From assembly GCA_963675755.2 (NCBI GenBank), contig CAXXMD010000003.1:288001-352000 (forward strand): a DNA stretch of 64,000 bases, written 5' to 3'. Position 1 is the stretch's first letter; every line of letters begins with the position of its first letter. Origin of the DNA: a bacterium. Its GTDB lineage: Bacteria; Zhuqueibacterota; Zhuqueibacteria; Residuimicrobiales; Krinioviventaceae. Position numbers and translations under genes: made by a program. Positions 55,343-64,000 of the stretch are shown piece by piece. The notes beneath the pieces are model-generated. The model saw only the letters and a list, made by a program, of their open reading frames with translations. It was not told the DNA's origin and made no database searches.

Positions 55343-56013
55343 GATCGTGACGGAGATTAGATAGTGACAAAGTTTAGCACCAGCAGTCTCAGTCACGAAA
55401 TTCTTTTTCCCTCTCGCCACCTACAACTACCCCACAACGATCGTGACGGAGATTAGCGCCAGCGGTCTCCGTCACGGAAATCCTGATTTTTTTGGTTGAT
55501 CCATTATTGTAAAGCCATGAACATCTTGCGCAACGGAGAACACTGCGTTCATCTCCGTTGCGATCATTTCTTTTAGATCGTGACGGAGATTAGCGCCAGC
55601 GGTCTCCGTCACGGGATATCCTGATTTCTTGAATGACCCACATTTTTAAATCAAAATACCTTGCGCAACGGAGAACACTACGTTCATCTCCGTTGCGATC
55701 ATTTCTTTTAGATCGTGACGGAGTTAAGCACCAGCGGTCTCCGTCACGGAAATCCTGATTTTTTTGGTTGATCCATTATTGTAAAACCATGAACATCTTG
55801 CACAACGGAGAACACTGCGTTTATCTCTGTTGCGATCATTTCTTTTAGATAGTGACAGAGTTTAGCACCAGTAGTCTCAGTCACGAAATCATGTAATCCT
55901 GTAATCTTTTAATCCTTTTAATCATGGTTCAGATCGTGACAGAGTTTAGCACCAGCAGCCTCCGTGGCGAAATCATGTAATCCTGTAATCTTTTAATCCT
56001 TTTAATCATGGTT
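55343..56013. repeat. Right REP array (~135-137 bp A/B modules, ending in two 84-bp units)
   Basis: A at 55343 (half), 55360, 55439, 55576, 55711, 55848, 55932; B at 55529, 55664, 55801. Confidence 0.9.
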
Positions 56014-56100
56014 AAAAAATATTATCAGGGTCTCTAACTTTTTCCTTGTACTCTAGTCTGTTTTTTCGTTTCTTAATGAAAAACAATGGAGAGATAAAAC

Positions 56101-57351
56101 ATGTATTCCTCAGAAATAGCAAGCAAACCCAAACCCTCAAAAGCTTACAGATGGACCGTACTGATTTTTATCAGCATGGCCATGTTTGGCAATTACTATA
56201 TCTATGACAGCATCAGTCCCCTGGCGGACGTACTCAAAGCGCAGCTCGGTTTTACAGATAGCAACATCGGGCTTTTAAACGCAATTTACAGCCTGCCCAA
56301 TATCCTCATGGTACTGATCGGGGGCATTATTATTGATTTTATCGGTACAAAAAAAGCATCATTTCTGTTTGCTGCCCTCTGTCTCACAGGCGCTATTGTG
56401 ACAGTATCCCACGGATCTCTTGCGGTAATGGCCACAGGCAGATTAATTTTTGGTCTGGGCGCGGAATCGCTCATCGTTGCCGTCACCACAGTTATTGCAA
56501 AATGGTTCAAAGGCAAAGAACTGGGATTCGCAATGGGTATAAACCTAACCATATCACGCCTGGCTACCTTTGCCGCGCTCAACTCTCCCACAATTGCCAA
56601 ACCACTGTATGTCAATTGGCAGTATCCTCTTCTAATTGCTGTTGGAGCGGGTGTTATCTCGGTATTATCCGTTATCATATACTTTTCACTTGAATCCAAA
56701 GCAGAGAGATTATATCACCTGGGTGAAGCAGAAGAAGTGGACAAGATCAATATCAAGACCATGTTTAAAATGAATCCCTCTTTTTGGTTCATTACTTTAT
56801 TGTGTGTTACATTCTATTCAGCAATTTTTCCGTTCCAGACCTTTGCTGTCAAGCTGTTCATGGAACAGCATGGTCTCACCCGAGAGCTGGCAGGCTTCAC
56901 ATCCAGCATCATCACATTTGCGTCTATGGTTATGACCCCCTTGTTTGGACTGCTAATCGACAAAGTCGGCAAACGCGCAAGTTTAATGATGTTTGGTTCA
57001 ATACTACTGGTTCCAGTTTATCTGCTGCTGGTCTACACTTCCCTCCCGCCCATGGTCCCAATGGCTTTAATGGGTATTGCATTCTCGCTCGTACCTGCTG
57101 CCATGTGGCCCGCGGTTGCTCTGATTGTAGAATCCAATCGTCTGGGTACGGCATATGGACTCATGACCATGATCCAGAACATCGGTTTATTCGGGTTCAA
57201 TATGGTTATAGGCTATGCAAATGATTTTTCCGGCGGCTATACTGCGGGAATGTGGATTTTCTCCATTCTTGGTTTTGCAGGAATGCTTTTCGCGTGGCTG
57301 CTGAAACGCGCGGATGAACAACACAATAATGGCGCACTTGAAAGTGCTTGA
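56101..57351 (+). CDS. Major facilitator superfamily transporter
   Basis: 12 TM helices, GIIIDFIG.K and GLLIDKVGKR motif A, GRLIFGLG. Confidence 0.9.
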   Translation: MYSSEIASKPKPSKAYRWTVLIFISMAMFGNYYIYDSISPLADVLKAQLGFTDSNIGLLNAIYSLPNILMVLIGGIIIDFIGTKKASFLFAALCLTGAIVTVSHGSLAVMATGRLIFGLGAESLIVAVTTVIAKWFKGKELGFAMGINLTISRLATFAALNSPTIAKPLYVNWQYPLLIAVGAGVISVLSVIIYFSLESKAERLYHLGEAEEVDKINIKTMFKMNPSFWFITLLCVTFYSAIFPFQTFAVKLFMEQHGLTRELAGFTSSIITFASMVMTPLFGLLIDKVGKRASLMMFGSILLVPVYLLLVYTSLPPMVPMALMGIAFSLVPAAMWPAVALIVESNRLGTAYGLMTMIQNIGLFGFNMVIGYANDFSGGYTAGMWIFSILGFAGMLFAWLLKRADEQHNNGALESA

Positions 57352-57419
57352 TTTTTCAGGATTATTTAACGGTTAAATTTGTTGTAAATATGATAATATA
57401 AAAACAAACGGAAATACAA

Positions 57420-57833
57420 TTGCCTCTGGTATATGTCACACGAAAAGTGCATTTTAATGCAGCCCATCGCCTGCATACGAACAATCTGAGCGAGCAGGAA
57501 AACGAAAACCTGTACGGGCAGTGCAATAATCTTTATGGCCATGGCCACAATTACGAGCTGGAAGTCACTGTTCGCGGTGAACCGGACCCTGTAACCGGCA
57601 TGGTGATTGATCTCAAAGAGCTCAAAGATATTCTTCAAGAACGTGTTGTCAAGGTCATGGACCATAAACACCTCAATCACGATGTGGAAATCATGCGGGG
57701 AATTGTTCCCACTGCAGAAAATATTGCGATTGTGATCTGGCAGCAGTTAGCAGACCATATACCCATCGGCACATTGTACGAAGTAAAGCTGTATGAAACG
57801 CCAAGAAATATGGTTATATACAGAGGAGAATAA
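57420..57833 (+). CDS. 6-pyruvoyl-tetrahydropterin synthase family, PTPS-II-type motif
   Basis: [18 protein letters not shown] (C-X5-HGH), DHKHLN, PTAENIA, ETPRN; TTG start. Confidence 0.88.
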   Translation: MPLVYVTRKVHFNAAHRLHTNNLSEQENENLYGQCNNLYGHGHNYELEVTVRGEPDPVTGMVIDLKELKDILQERVVKVMDHKHLNHDVEIMRGIVPTAENIAIVIWQQLADHIPIGTLYEVKLYETPRNMVIYRGE

Positions 57834-57837
57834 ACAT

Positions 57838-58401
57838 ATGGCAAAAACAATCAAGGATTCCGTTCACGATATTTTGGAGATCATTGGTGAAGATCCACAG
57901 CGGGAAGGGCTGATCAAAACCCCCAAACGGGTTGAGAAATCTTATGAATACCTTACCCGTGGTTACAACATGGATATCGATCAAGTTGTTAACGAAGCTA
58001 TTTTTAAAGAAGATTGTGAAGAAATGGTTGTTGTACGGAACATTGAATTTTATAGTCTTTGCGAACACCACATGCTGCCCTTTTATGGGAAATGCCACGT
58101 GGCTTACCTGCCAAAGGGAAAAATCATTGGTTTGAGCAAGATCCCAAGAATAGTTGACATGTATGCACGTCGATTGCAGGTACAGGAGCGTATGACCCGC
58201 CAGATTGCCGAAACCATTCAAAGCATTCTCAAGCCGTATGGAGTGGCCGTCATTGCAGAAGGCAAGCATCTTTGCATGATGATGCGCGGAGTAGAAAAAC
58301 AAAACAGTTTTGTTACCTCAAGCACCATGCTGGGCGGATTCAAAAACGACCGGGTAACCCGTATGGAACTGTTGAACCTGCTACAAACAAGGATAGATTG
58401 A
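57838..58401 (+). CDS. folE: GTP cyclohydrolase I
   Basis: [45 protein letters not shown]. Confidence 0.97.
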   Translation: MAKTIKDSVHDILEIIGEDPQREGLIKTPKRVEKSYEYLTRGYNMDIDQVVNEAIFKEDCEEMVVVRNIEFYSLCEHHMLPFYGKCHVAYLPKGKIIGLSKIPRIVDMYARRLQVQERMTRQIAETIQSILKPYGVAVIAEGKHLCMMMRGVEKQNSFVTSSTMLGGFKNDRVTRMELLNLLQTRID

Positions 58402-58402
58402 T

Positions 58403-59122
58403 ATGATCTCTAGCACGCTCAAAAAACAAATAGCCTGGATCACTGGCAGCGGACGTGGTATTGGCAAAAGTATTGCTCAGGAACTGGCAGTAAACGGTGT
58501 CAAGGTGGTTGTATCGTCCCGCACTAAAGCAGAAATCGAATCTGTAGCACAACAAATTAACGAAAATGGCGGCAGTGCCCTTGCCATCCAATGCGATGTA
58601 ACACAAAAACAGCAGGTAAAAGAGCTCGTAGATCAGGTAAAACAGCAATGGGGTGACATAGATATTCTCGTCAACAATGCGGGCATTGTCTATTTTGCCA
58701 AAATTATTGATTATGATGAACAAAAATGGGACGAGTTGATGAATACCAACCTGAAATCCGCTTTTCTCTGCAGCCAGGCAGTATTGCCGGGTATGATTAA
58801 AAAGCAATCGGGGCATATCATCAACGTAGTATCTGTTGCGGGTAAACAGGCGTTTCCCAATAATGCGGGATATTGCGCGTCAAAGTATGGTATGCTGGGA
58901 TTCACAGACGTGCTCCGCATGGAAGCCCGCAAACATAATGTCAAAGTTACCGCATTTCTACCCGGCGCAACGGATACAGAAATCTGGGGAAATGCCAATG
59001 TAGACCGATCAAAAATGCTGACTCCCAAACAGGCGGCAGAATGTGTACTGGCTATCTGCGGAAGCCATCCTGATGCACTGCCGGAAGAAGTGGTATTACG
59101 GCCCATTGGTGGAGATTTGTAA
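58403..59122 (+). CDS. Short-chain dehydrogenase/reductase
   Basis: TGSGRGIG, NNAG, YCASK. Confidence 0.9.
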   Translation: MISSTLKKQIAWITGSGRGIGKSIAQELAVNGVKVVVSSRTKAEIESVAQQINENGGSALAIQCDVTQKQQVKELVDQVKQQWGDIDILVNNAGIVYFAKIIDYDEQKWDELMNTNLKSAFLCSQAVLPGMIKKQSGHIINVVSVAGKQAFPNNAGYCASKYGMLGFTDVLRMEARKHNVKVTAFLPGATDTEIWGNANVDRSKMLTPKQAAECVLAICGSHPDALPEEVVLRPIGGDL

Positions 59123-59137
59123 TATCGGGAGGTCTTT

Positions 59138-59830
59138 ATGCTAAAACTCACATTTTTAGGTCATTCCGCCTTTTTGATTGAATCAGACAAGGGCAATCTG
59201 GTTATTGATCCGTTTCTAAGTAATAATCCTGTAGCCGCAGCCCAGGCAAATGCAATCAAAGCGGATTATGTTCTGCTAACTCATGGTCATGGTGACCATC
59301 TGGGAGACGGGCTAAAAATCGCAAAAGCCAATAATGCAACCATAATCGCGCCCAATGAACTGGCAGTCTATTGTCAAAAAAAAGGATACAATGCTCACCC
59401 CATGCACATTGGTGGTGCATTTAATTTCCCATTTGGTCGGGTTAAACTCACCATTGCCCACCACGGTTCAGGAACCGATCTGGGTGGTGATGCGTTAACC
59501 TATATGGGCAATCCCTGCGGATTTGTCATTACCATCAATGGCAAAAACATTTATCACGCGGGTGACACGGGACTTTTTATGGATATGCAGCTCATCGGCA
59601 AACTGAACAAGCTGGATGTGGCCCTGCTGCCAATTGGTGACAATTTCACCATGGGTATTGATGATGCCGTAATAGCAGCAGAATTCCTGAATCCCGGTCT
59701 GGTTGTGCCCATGCACTATAATACTTTTGATGTCATCAAGGTAAATCCGGAAGATTTTAAACACAAAGTGGAAGCTAAAAACATAAACGTATTAATCATG
59801 AATCCCGGAGACGTAACAAGTTTAACTTGA
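59138..59830 (+). CDS. Metal-dependent hydrolase, MBL fold (UPF0173-like)
   Basis: IDPFL, THGHGDH, YHAGDT, LPIGDNFTM, PMHYNTF. Confidence 0.9.
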   Translation: MLKLTFLGHSAFLIESDKGNLVIDPFLSNNPVAAAQANAIKADYVLLTHGHGDHLGDGLKIAKANNATIIAPNELAVYCQKKGYNAHPMHIGGAFNFPFGRVKLTIAHHGSGTDLGGDALTYMGNPCGFVITINGKNIYHAGDTGLFMDMQLIGKLNKLDVALLPIGDNFTMGIDDAVIAAEFLNPGLVVPMHYNTFDVIKVNPEDFKHKVEAKNINVLIMNPGDVTSLT

Positions 59831-59881
59831 TAGATTTTCAAGAGTTTAGTATATTTCTTGTTCGCAACTTTTACCTTTTTT

Positions 59882-59897
59882 TGGTACAAGTATTGCT
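59882..59897 (+). promoter_or_regulatory. Putative sigma54 promoter upstream of the S55 peptidase
   Basis: TGGTAC-AAGTA-TTGCT, GG-N10-GC spacing, one mismatch to consensus. Confidence 0.5.
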
Positions 59898-59987
59898 ATA
59901 GCAAGGGTAGCTCGAAAGTGAGATGTCCGCATATTGCTTTCATGCTGCCCTTTTTTAACACATGGATTCCCAATACAGGAAAATAAT

Positions 59988-61895
59988 TTGAAAAGGACCC
60001 GATTTGTAATACTGTTCACGTTTTTCATTATAACCGGACTGTTTGCAGAAACCGTCAAATGGGGCGTTCCCATTATGCCGGTCAACGAGATCAAGCCGGG
60101 CATGACAGGCACAGGGTACACTGTTTTTTATGGTAACGAGATCGAAGAGTTTGGATTCAAAGTTATTGAAATTGTAGAAAATTTTTATCCCAAACGCGAT
60201 CTTGTTCTGGTGGAATTGACCGGAGAAAAAGCCAGAAAAAACGGAGTGGTCAGTGGTATGAGCGGCAGCCCAACCTACATTGACGGTAAACTTGTGGGTG
60301 CGCTGGCATTACGCTTTGGCATGTTTATGAAAGATCCCATTGGCGGCATTATGCCCATAGAACAAATGACTGAAATTGATCAGCACGAGTCTGCAAGAGC
60401 TCAGGAAACCACTGCATCGGCTGCACTTTTACCGGATTATATTACAACCACTCTTTGCGGTGCAGACGATTCATTCTGGCAGCAAGTGACCAGCGGTCTT
60501 GAACAGACTTTGCCGGATATGGGTGGAAATTCTATGACCCAGATCAGCTCACCCCTGGTATTTTCGGGATTCGATTCCAGACTGGTTTCGCAGTTTAGTT
60601 CCCAGTTTGAGTCTCTTGGCTTTAATGTAGCTTCCGGTGGTACTTCTGGCAGCAATAAAACCGACGATTCTCCCCTGGTTCCCGGTGCCGCAGTAGCACA
60701 AATATTTATCAATGGAGATATGGGTATTGAATCCACTGGCACGGTAACAGCGGTTGATGATAATAAACTGCTGGCCTTTGGGCATTATGTTTTTAATCTG
60801 GGACCGGTAAATCTGCCAATGGCAAAAGCCAAAATATTAGCAACGCTGCCCAGTGAAATGGGATCAACCAAAATGGCTGCTTCTACTGAAATTGTAGGCG
60901 CCTTTCGTCAGGACCGGCTCACGGGTGTTTATGGAGACATGAATGTAACCCCGCGTACCATCCCTATAGAACTGAATTTTGAGCAGCTTTCCGGAGCAAA
61001 AACAGATTATCACTTTAATATGGCAGATGATCCGGCAATGAACAACATTATGCCGCTTTTCCTGCGTATTGCGCTGATCCAGGCCCTCACTGCAGGACGT
61101 TTATCCGGCAGTTTGAATTCCATGTATCTCAACAGCACTATAGAATTTTCAGATGGGACCCATCTAAAATTAAACGACTTTTTTTCTACGCGCCAGCGTT
61201 TTGGTTTTATGGCTTCGGGCACAGATGCCAACAGTACCAGCGATCTCATTGCTTCCGCATTGGGTGCCTTGATGGTTAATGATTTCGAATCCCCCTACAT
61301 CAAATCCATCAACATCAATACTCGTGAAGTAGCGGGTGAACGCATTGCCAGAATCAAAAACATTTGGCAGAACAAGAATATTGTATCTCCCGGTGATACA
61401 CTGACATTTTCAATCGAACTGGAAACAACCAAAAATAAAGATATTAAAATCCAGCGTTCATTCCCTATCCCCAAAAACCTGGATGCCCGCAACCTCACTA
61501 TTTTAGTATCAAGCGGCCCGACTTTGACTAATTATGAAATTCAGACCAATCGCAATAAATTCATACCTGTGGATTTTCCACACCTGGTGTCGATCATTGA
61601 AAACAGAAGAATGAATGATCATCTGTATCTGCAAATACAAATGCAGGACAAGGGATTAGTGCTGGAAGGTGAAGAACTGACAGCATTGCCGCCATCGGTA
61701 ATGGATATAATGAGCACAATCAAAACAAACGGTTCAAGCCAAAACACCGGCAACCGTATTTTGCATGAAGAATCGATAAAAACGGATTATGTTATAGCCG
61801 GAGCCAAGCGGCTTGTAGTTAAAATCAAACAACCGCCAAAAGCAACATATCCGGATCCCGATGAAGAGCAGCCCGCACAACCGACATACTGGTAA
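59988..61895 (+). CDS. SpoIVB-like peptidase (S55 family), secreted
   Basis: Signal peptide from TTG at 59988 (AGGA RBS), GVVSGMSGSP catalytic motif, GTVT, LAFGH. Confidence 0.85.
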   Translation: MKRTRFVILFTFFIITGLFAETVKWGVPIMPVNEIKPGMTGTGYTVFYGNEIEEFGFKVIEIVENFYPKRDLVLVELTGEKARKNGVVSGMSGSPTYIDGKLVGALALRFGMFMKDPIGGIMPIEQMTEIDQHESARAQETTASAALLPDYITTTLCGADDSFWQQVTSGLEQTLPDMGGNSMTQISSPLVFSGFDSRLVSQFSSQFESLGFNVASGGTSGSNKTDDSPLVPGAAVAQIFINGDMGIESTGTVTAVDDNKLLAFGHYVFNLGPVNLPMAKAKILATLPSEMGSTKMAASTEIVGAFRQDRLTGVYGDMNVTPRTIPIELNFEQLSGAKTDYHFNMADDPAMNNIMPLFLRIALIQALTAGRLSGSLNSMYLNSTIEFSDGTHLKLNDFFSTRQRFGFMASGTDANSTSDLIASALGALMVNDFESPYIKSININTREVAGERIARIKNIWQNKNIVSPGDTLTFSIELETTKNKDIKIQRSFPIPKNLDARNLTILVSSGPTLTNYEIQTNRNKFIPVDFPHLVSIIENRRMNDHLYLQIQMQDKGLVLEGEELTALPPSVMDIMSTIKTNGSSQNTGNRILHEESIKTDYVIAGAKRLVVKIKQPPKATYPDPDEEQPAQPTYW

Positions 61896-61913
61896 ATAAA
61901 AAAGGAATACTGA

Positions 61914-64000
61914 ATGTTGAAAAATAAATCCATATTATTTTTAATTGCTGCATTATTTATACTTTCAAGTGCGGCATTGGCAGTAAAACCGCGTTACAGT
62001 ACCTACCAGTCAAAAGGTAAATTTGAACGGGGTACCAGCAAAAAAATGTCCATCCTGCACAAAGGGATCCTTACTCCGGCGCCCAAAGTAGAAAAAATCA
62101 TGAGCACCGGTGATCCGTTTATCTGGTCCGCAATCAGTGACAGTAAAGGCAATATATATCTGGGCTCAGGTAACGACGGCATTGTATACAAAATATCAGC
62201 CAAAGGTGATACTGCCGTATGGCTCGACACAGACGAACTGGAAGTTTATGCCCTTGCAGCAGACAAACAAGATAATATCTATGTGGGCACATCGCCACGC
62301 GGTAAAGTATACAAAGTAACACCCTCTGGCACCAAAACAGAATTTTACAGTCCAAAATCCGACTATATTTGGGACATGGATATGGATGCAAAAGGCAATT
62401 TATACGTTGCTACCGGTTCTATTGCCTCAATTATAAAAATCACACCAGACGGCACACCTTCAGTTGTAATGAAAAGCGAACAAACCCATATTCGCAGTAT
62501 TTTTGTTCACAATAATACAATCTATGCGGGCAGCAGCGGTAACGGTTATGTTTATAAAATCGAACCGGGCGGCACTCCCTTTGTTATTCTGGACACCCAA
62601 ATGCAAGAAGTTCATGATATCCTGGTAACACCGGATGGTACGGTTTACGCGGCAGCGTTTGGTGAAACAGCAGCCATGTACCCGGGACAGCCCAAGGAAA
62701 GAGCAGACCAGGGTAAATCAAACGGTGACAGTGACGAAGAAGAGGGTGAAAACGAAGCCTCCTTTGCACAATCATTCCTTTTAGAAAATATGGCACAAAC
62801 AGCACAAACCCCCACTGCTTTATATCGAATCGAAACCAATGGCTATGCCAAAGATCTGTGGTTGGGTGCTGAAGAACATATACAATCCTTGTTGCTGGCA
62901 AAAGATGGTAACATTCTTGCCGGTACGGGTGATAATGGTAAATTATACTCTATAGACAAAGAAGGTAATTCTTCATTGCTATTCAACATCGAAGAATCAC
63001 AAATCACAGCAATGACATACGGTATTGACCATAAACTGGTCATAGGTACTTCGAACCTGGGAATTGCCTATGTAGTAATGCCTGAAAAGTCCAAAACTGC
63101 CGAGTATGAATCCGAAACGATTGATACAGGACTGCAATCCATTTGGGGCACCCTGGCCTGGAAAGGTTCAGAGAATGACGGCAAGATAGAATTCTACACT
63201 CGCTCCGGAAATACAGAACTCCCGGAACAATCATGGAGCGAATGGCAAAAAACAGTCATGGAAAACGGCGCATTGAAAATTAAAAGTCCTGCGGCCCGCT
63301 ATGTACAATGGAAGTGCGAAATGCAGCCCGGTAAAAATCCACCACAGATTAAAGAAGTAAATATTGCCTATATGCAAAAAAACCTTCCACCTTTAATAAG
63401 CGATATTGTCATTCATCCCCCCGGCAATTATTATGAAATAGATGACAATAGCGAAATCCGTGAAAAAGGCATTCCTTACCCGCAAACACCAACACAGGAA
63501 GGCAAAAAAACAGGATTTCAAAGTGTAGACTGGTTGTTCGAAGATCCCAATTTTGACGGTATCCTGTTCAGTGTACAATATTGCAAAACAGGTTCAAAAA
63601 ACTGGAAAACATTGGTCACCGATTATCCCGGAAGTTATTTCTCCTGGGATAGCCGTCAAATGGCAGATGGAGAATATCTGGTAAAAGTTATTGCTACTGA
63701 TGCACCATCTAATCCCAAGGCAATGACCCTGACCGGAGAAAAGAATAGTGAGCCCTTTATTATTGACAATTCAGGCCCCAAAATTAACATTCAATCATTA
63801 AAAGATAAAATCCTGACTGTATCAGCAGAGGATGCCTGGAACAACCTGGAAAAAGTTTATTACAGCGTCAATGCTTCATCATGGGAAATCATCTATCCCA
63901 CTGACCAGATAACAGACGCAAAAAAAGAAAAATATCAGATAACAATAGACGTAGCATTACCGGCAGAGATCGCGATCAAAGCCCATGACAATGTTGGAAA
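61914..64000 (+). CDS. Secreted beta-propeller protein with C-terminal beta-sandwich domains (runs off the window)
   Basis: MLKNKSILFLIAALFILSSAALA signal peptide; repeated D..GNIY.G...G.VYK blades; TRSGNT..P...WSEW. Confidence 0.75.
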   Translation, partial: MLKNKSILFLIAALFILSSAALAVKPRYSTYQSKGKFERGTSKKMSILHKGILTPAPKVEKIMSTGDPFIWSAISDSKGNIYLGSGNDGIVYKISAKGDTAVWLDTDELEVYALAADKQDNIYVGTSPRGKVYKVTPSGTKTEFYSPKSDYIWDMDMDAKGNLYVATGSIASIIKITPDGTPSVVMKSEQTHIRSIFVHNNTIYAGSSGNGYVYKIEPGGTPFVILDTQMQEVHDILVTPDGTVYAAAFGETAAMYPGQPKERADQGKSNGDSDEEEGENEASFAQSFLLENMAQTAQTPTALYRIETNGYAKDLWLGAEEHIQSLLLAKDGNILAGTGDNGKLYSIDKEGNSSLLFNIEESQITAMTYGIDHKLVIGTSNLGIAYVVMPEKSKTAEYESETIDTGLQSIWGTLAWKGSENDGKIEFYTRSGNTELPEQSWSEWQKTVMENGALKIKSPAARYVQWKCEMQPGKNPPQIKEVNIAYMQKNLPPLISDIVIHPPGNYYEIDDNSEIREKGIPYPQTPTQEGKKTGFQSVDWLFEDPNFDGILFSVQYCKTGSKNWKTLVTDYPGSYFSWDSRQMADGEYLVKVIATDAPSNPKAMTLTGEKNSEPFIIDNSGPKINIQSLKDKILTVSAEDAWNNLEKVYYSVNASSWEIIYPTDQITDAKKEKYQITIDVALPAEIAIKAHDNVG

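Larger units (their letters stand above)
51365..56013. mobile_element. RAYT/REP island (REPtron-like) between divergent genes
   Basis: HUH Y1 transposase surrounded by about 25 type-A and 10 type-B hairpin repeats plus one passenger gene. Confidence 0.8.

Noticed and set aside
51246-56101. Replication origin at the gene-strand switch (many GATC sites, divergent genes)
   Set aside because: No dnaA or DnaA-box cluster seen; the GATCs belong to REP heads; by eye base skew does not flip here (not computed)
57420-57833. queD of queuosine or 7-deazaguanine DNA-modification pathways
   Set aside because: The motif spacing is PTPS-II-like and no queC, queE, tgt or dpd genes are adjacent

Overview
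About 64 kb of AT-rich DNA from a diderm bacterium. The gene content (Bat operon, FadL, TonB, putative porin, PurS-PurL fusion, S55 peptidase) suggests an FCB-superphylum lineage such as KSB1 or Calditrichota; this placement is inference only. Positions 1-51246 carry only minus-strand housekeeping and envelope genes: an outer-membrane/TonB cluster, an expanded moxR-batABCDE operon, a clpB/dnaK/degP/dnaJ/grpE chaperone cluster, fadD, DUF362/polyferredoxin, tRNA-Leu, secG, tpiA, gap, fba, comF, purQL and others. Positions 56101-64000 carry plus-strand genes: MFS, PTPS-folE-SDR, an MBL hydrolase, a SpoIVB-like peptidase and a beta-propeller protein. Between these divergent blocks lies the most striking feature, a ~4.65 kb island (51365-56013). 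It contains an HUH/Y1 REP-associated tyrosine transposase (RAYT) embedded in about 35 hairpin repeats of two homologous GAT(C)-headed subtypes that differ by compensatory stem changes. The repeats form 79-81 bp, 227 bp and ~136 bp periodic arrays, with a near-identical 321-bp direct repeat on both sides of the nuclease gene and a REP-flanked passenger gene with an Ivy-like motif. Other notable signals are consensus sigma54 promoters plus a shared 24-bp enhancer-like motif upstream of dnaK and grpE, a PTPS-II-type putative tetrahydrobiopterin operon, and a possible -1 frameshift that would supply a TonB protein's signal peptide. All calls were made by eye, without database searches.
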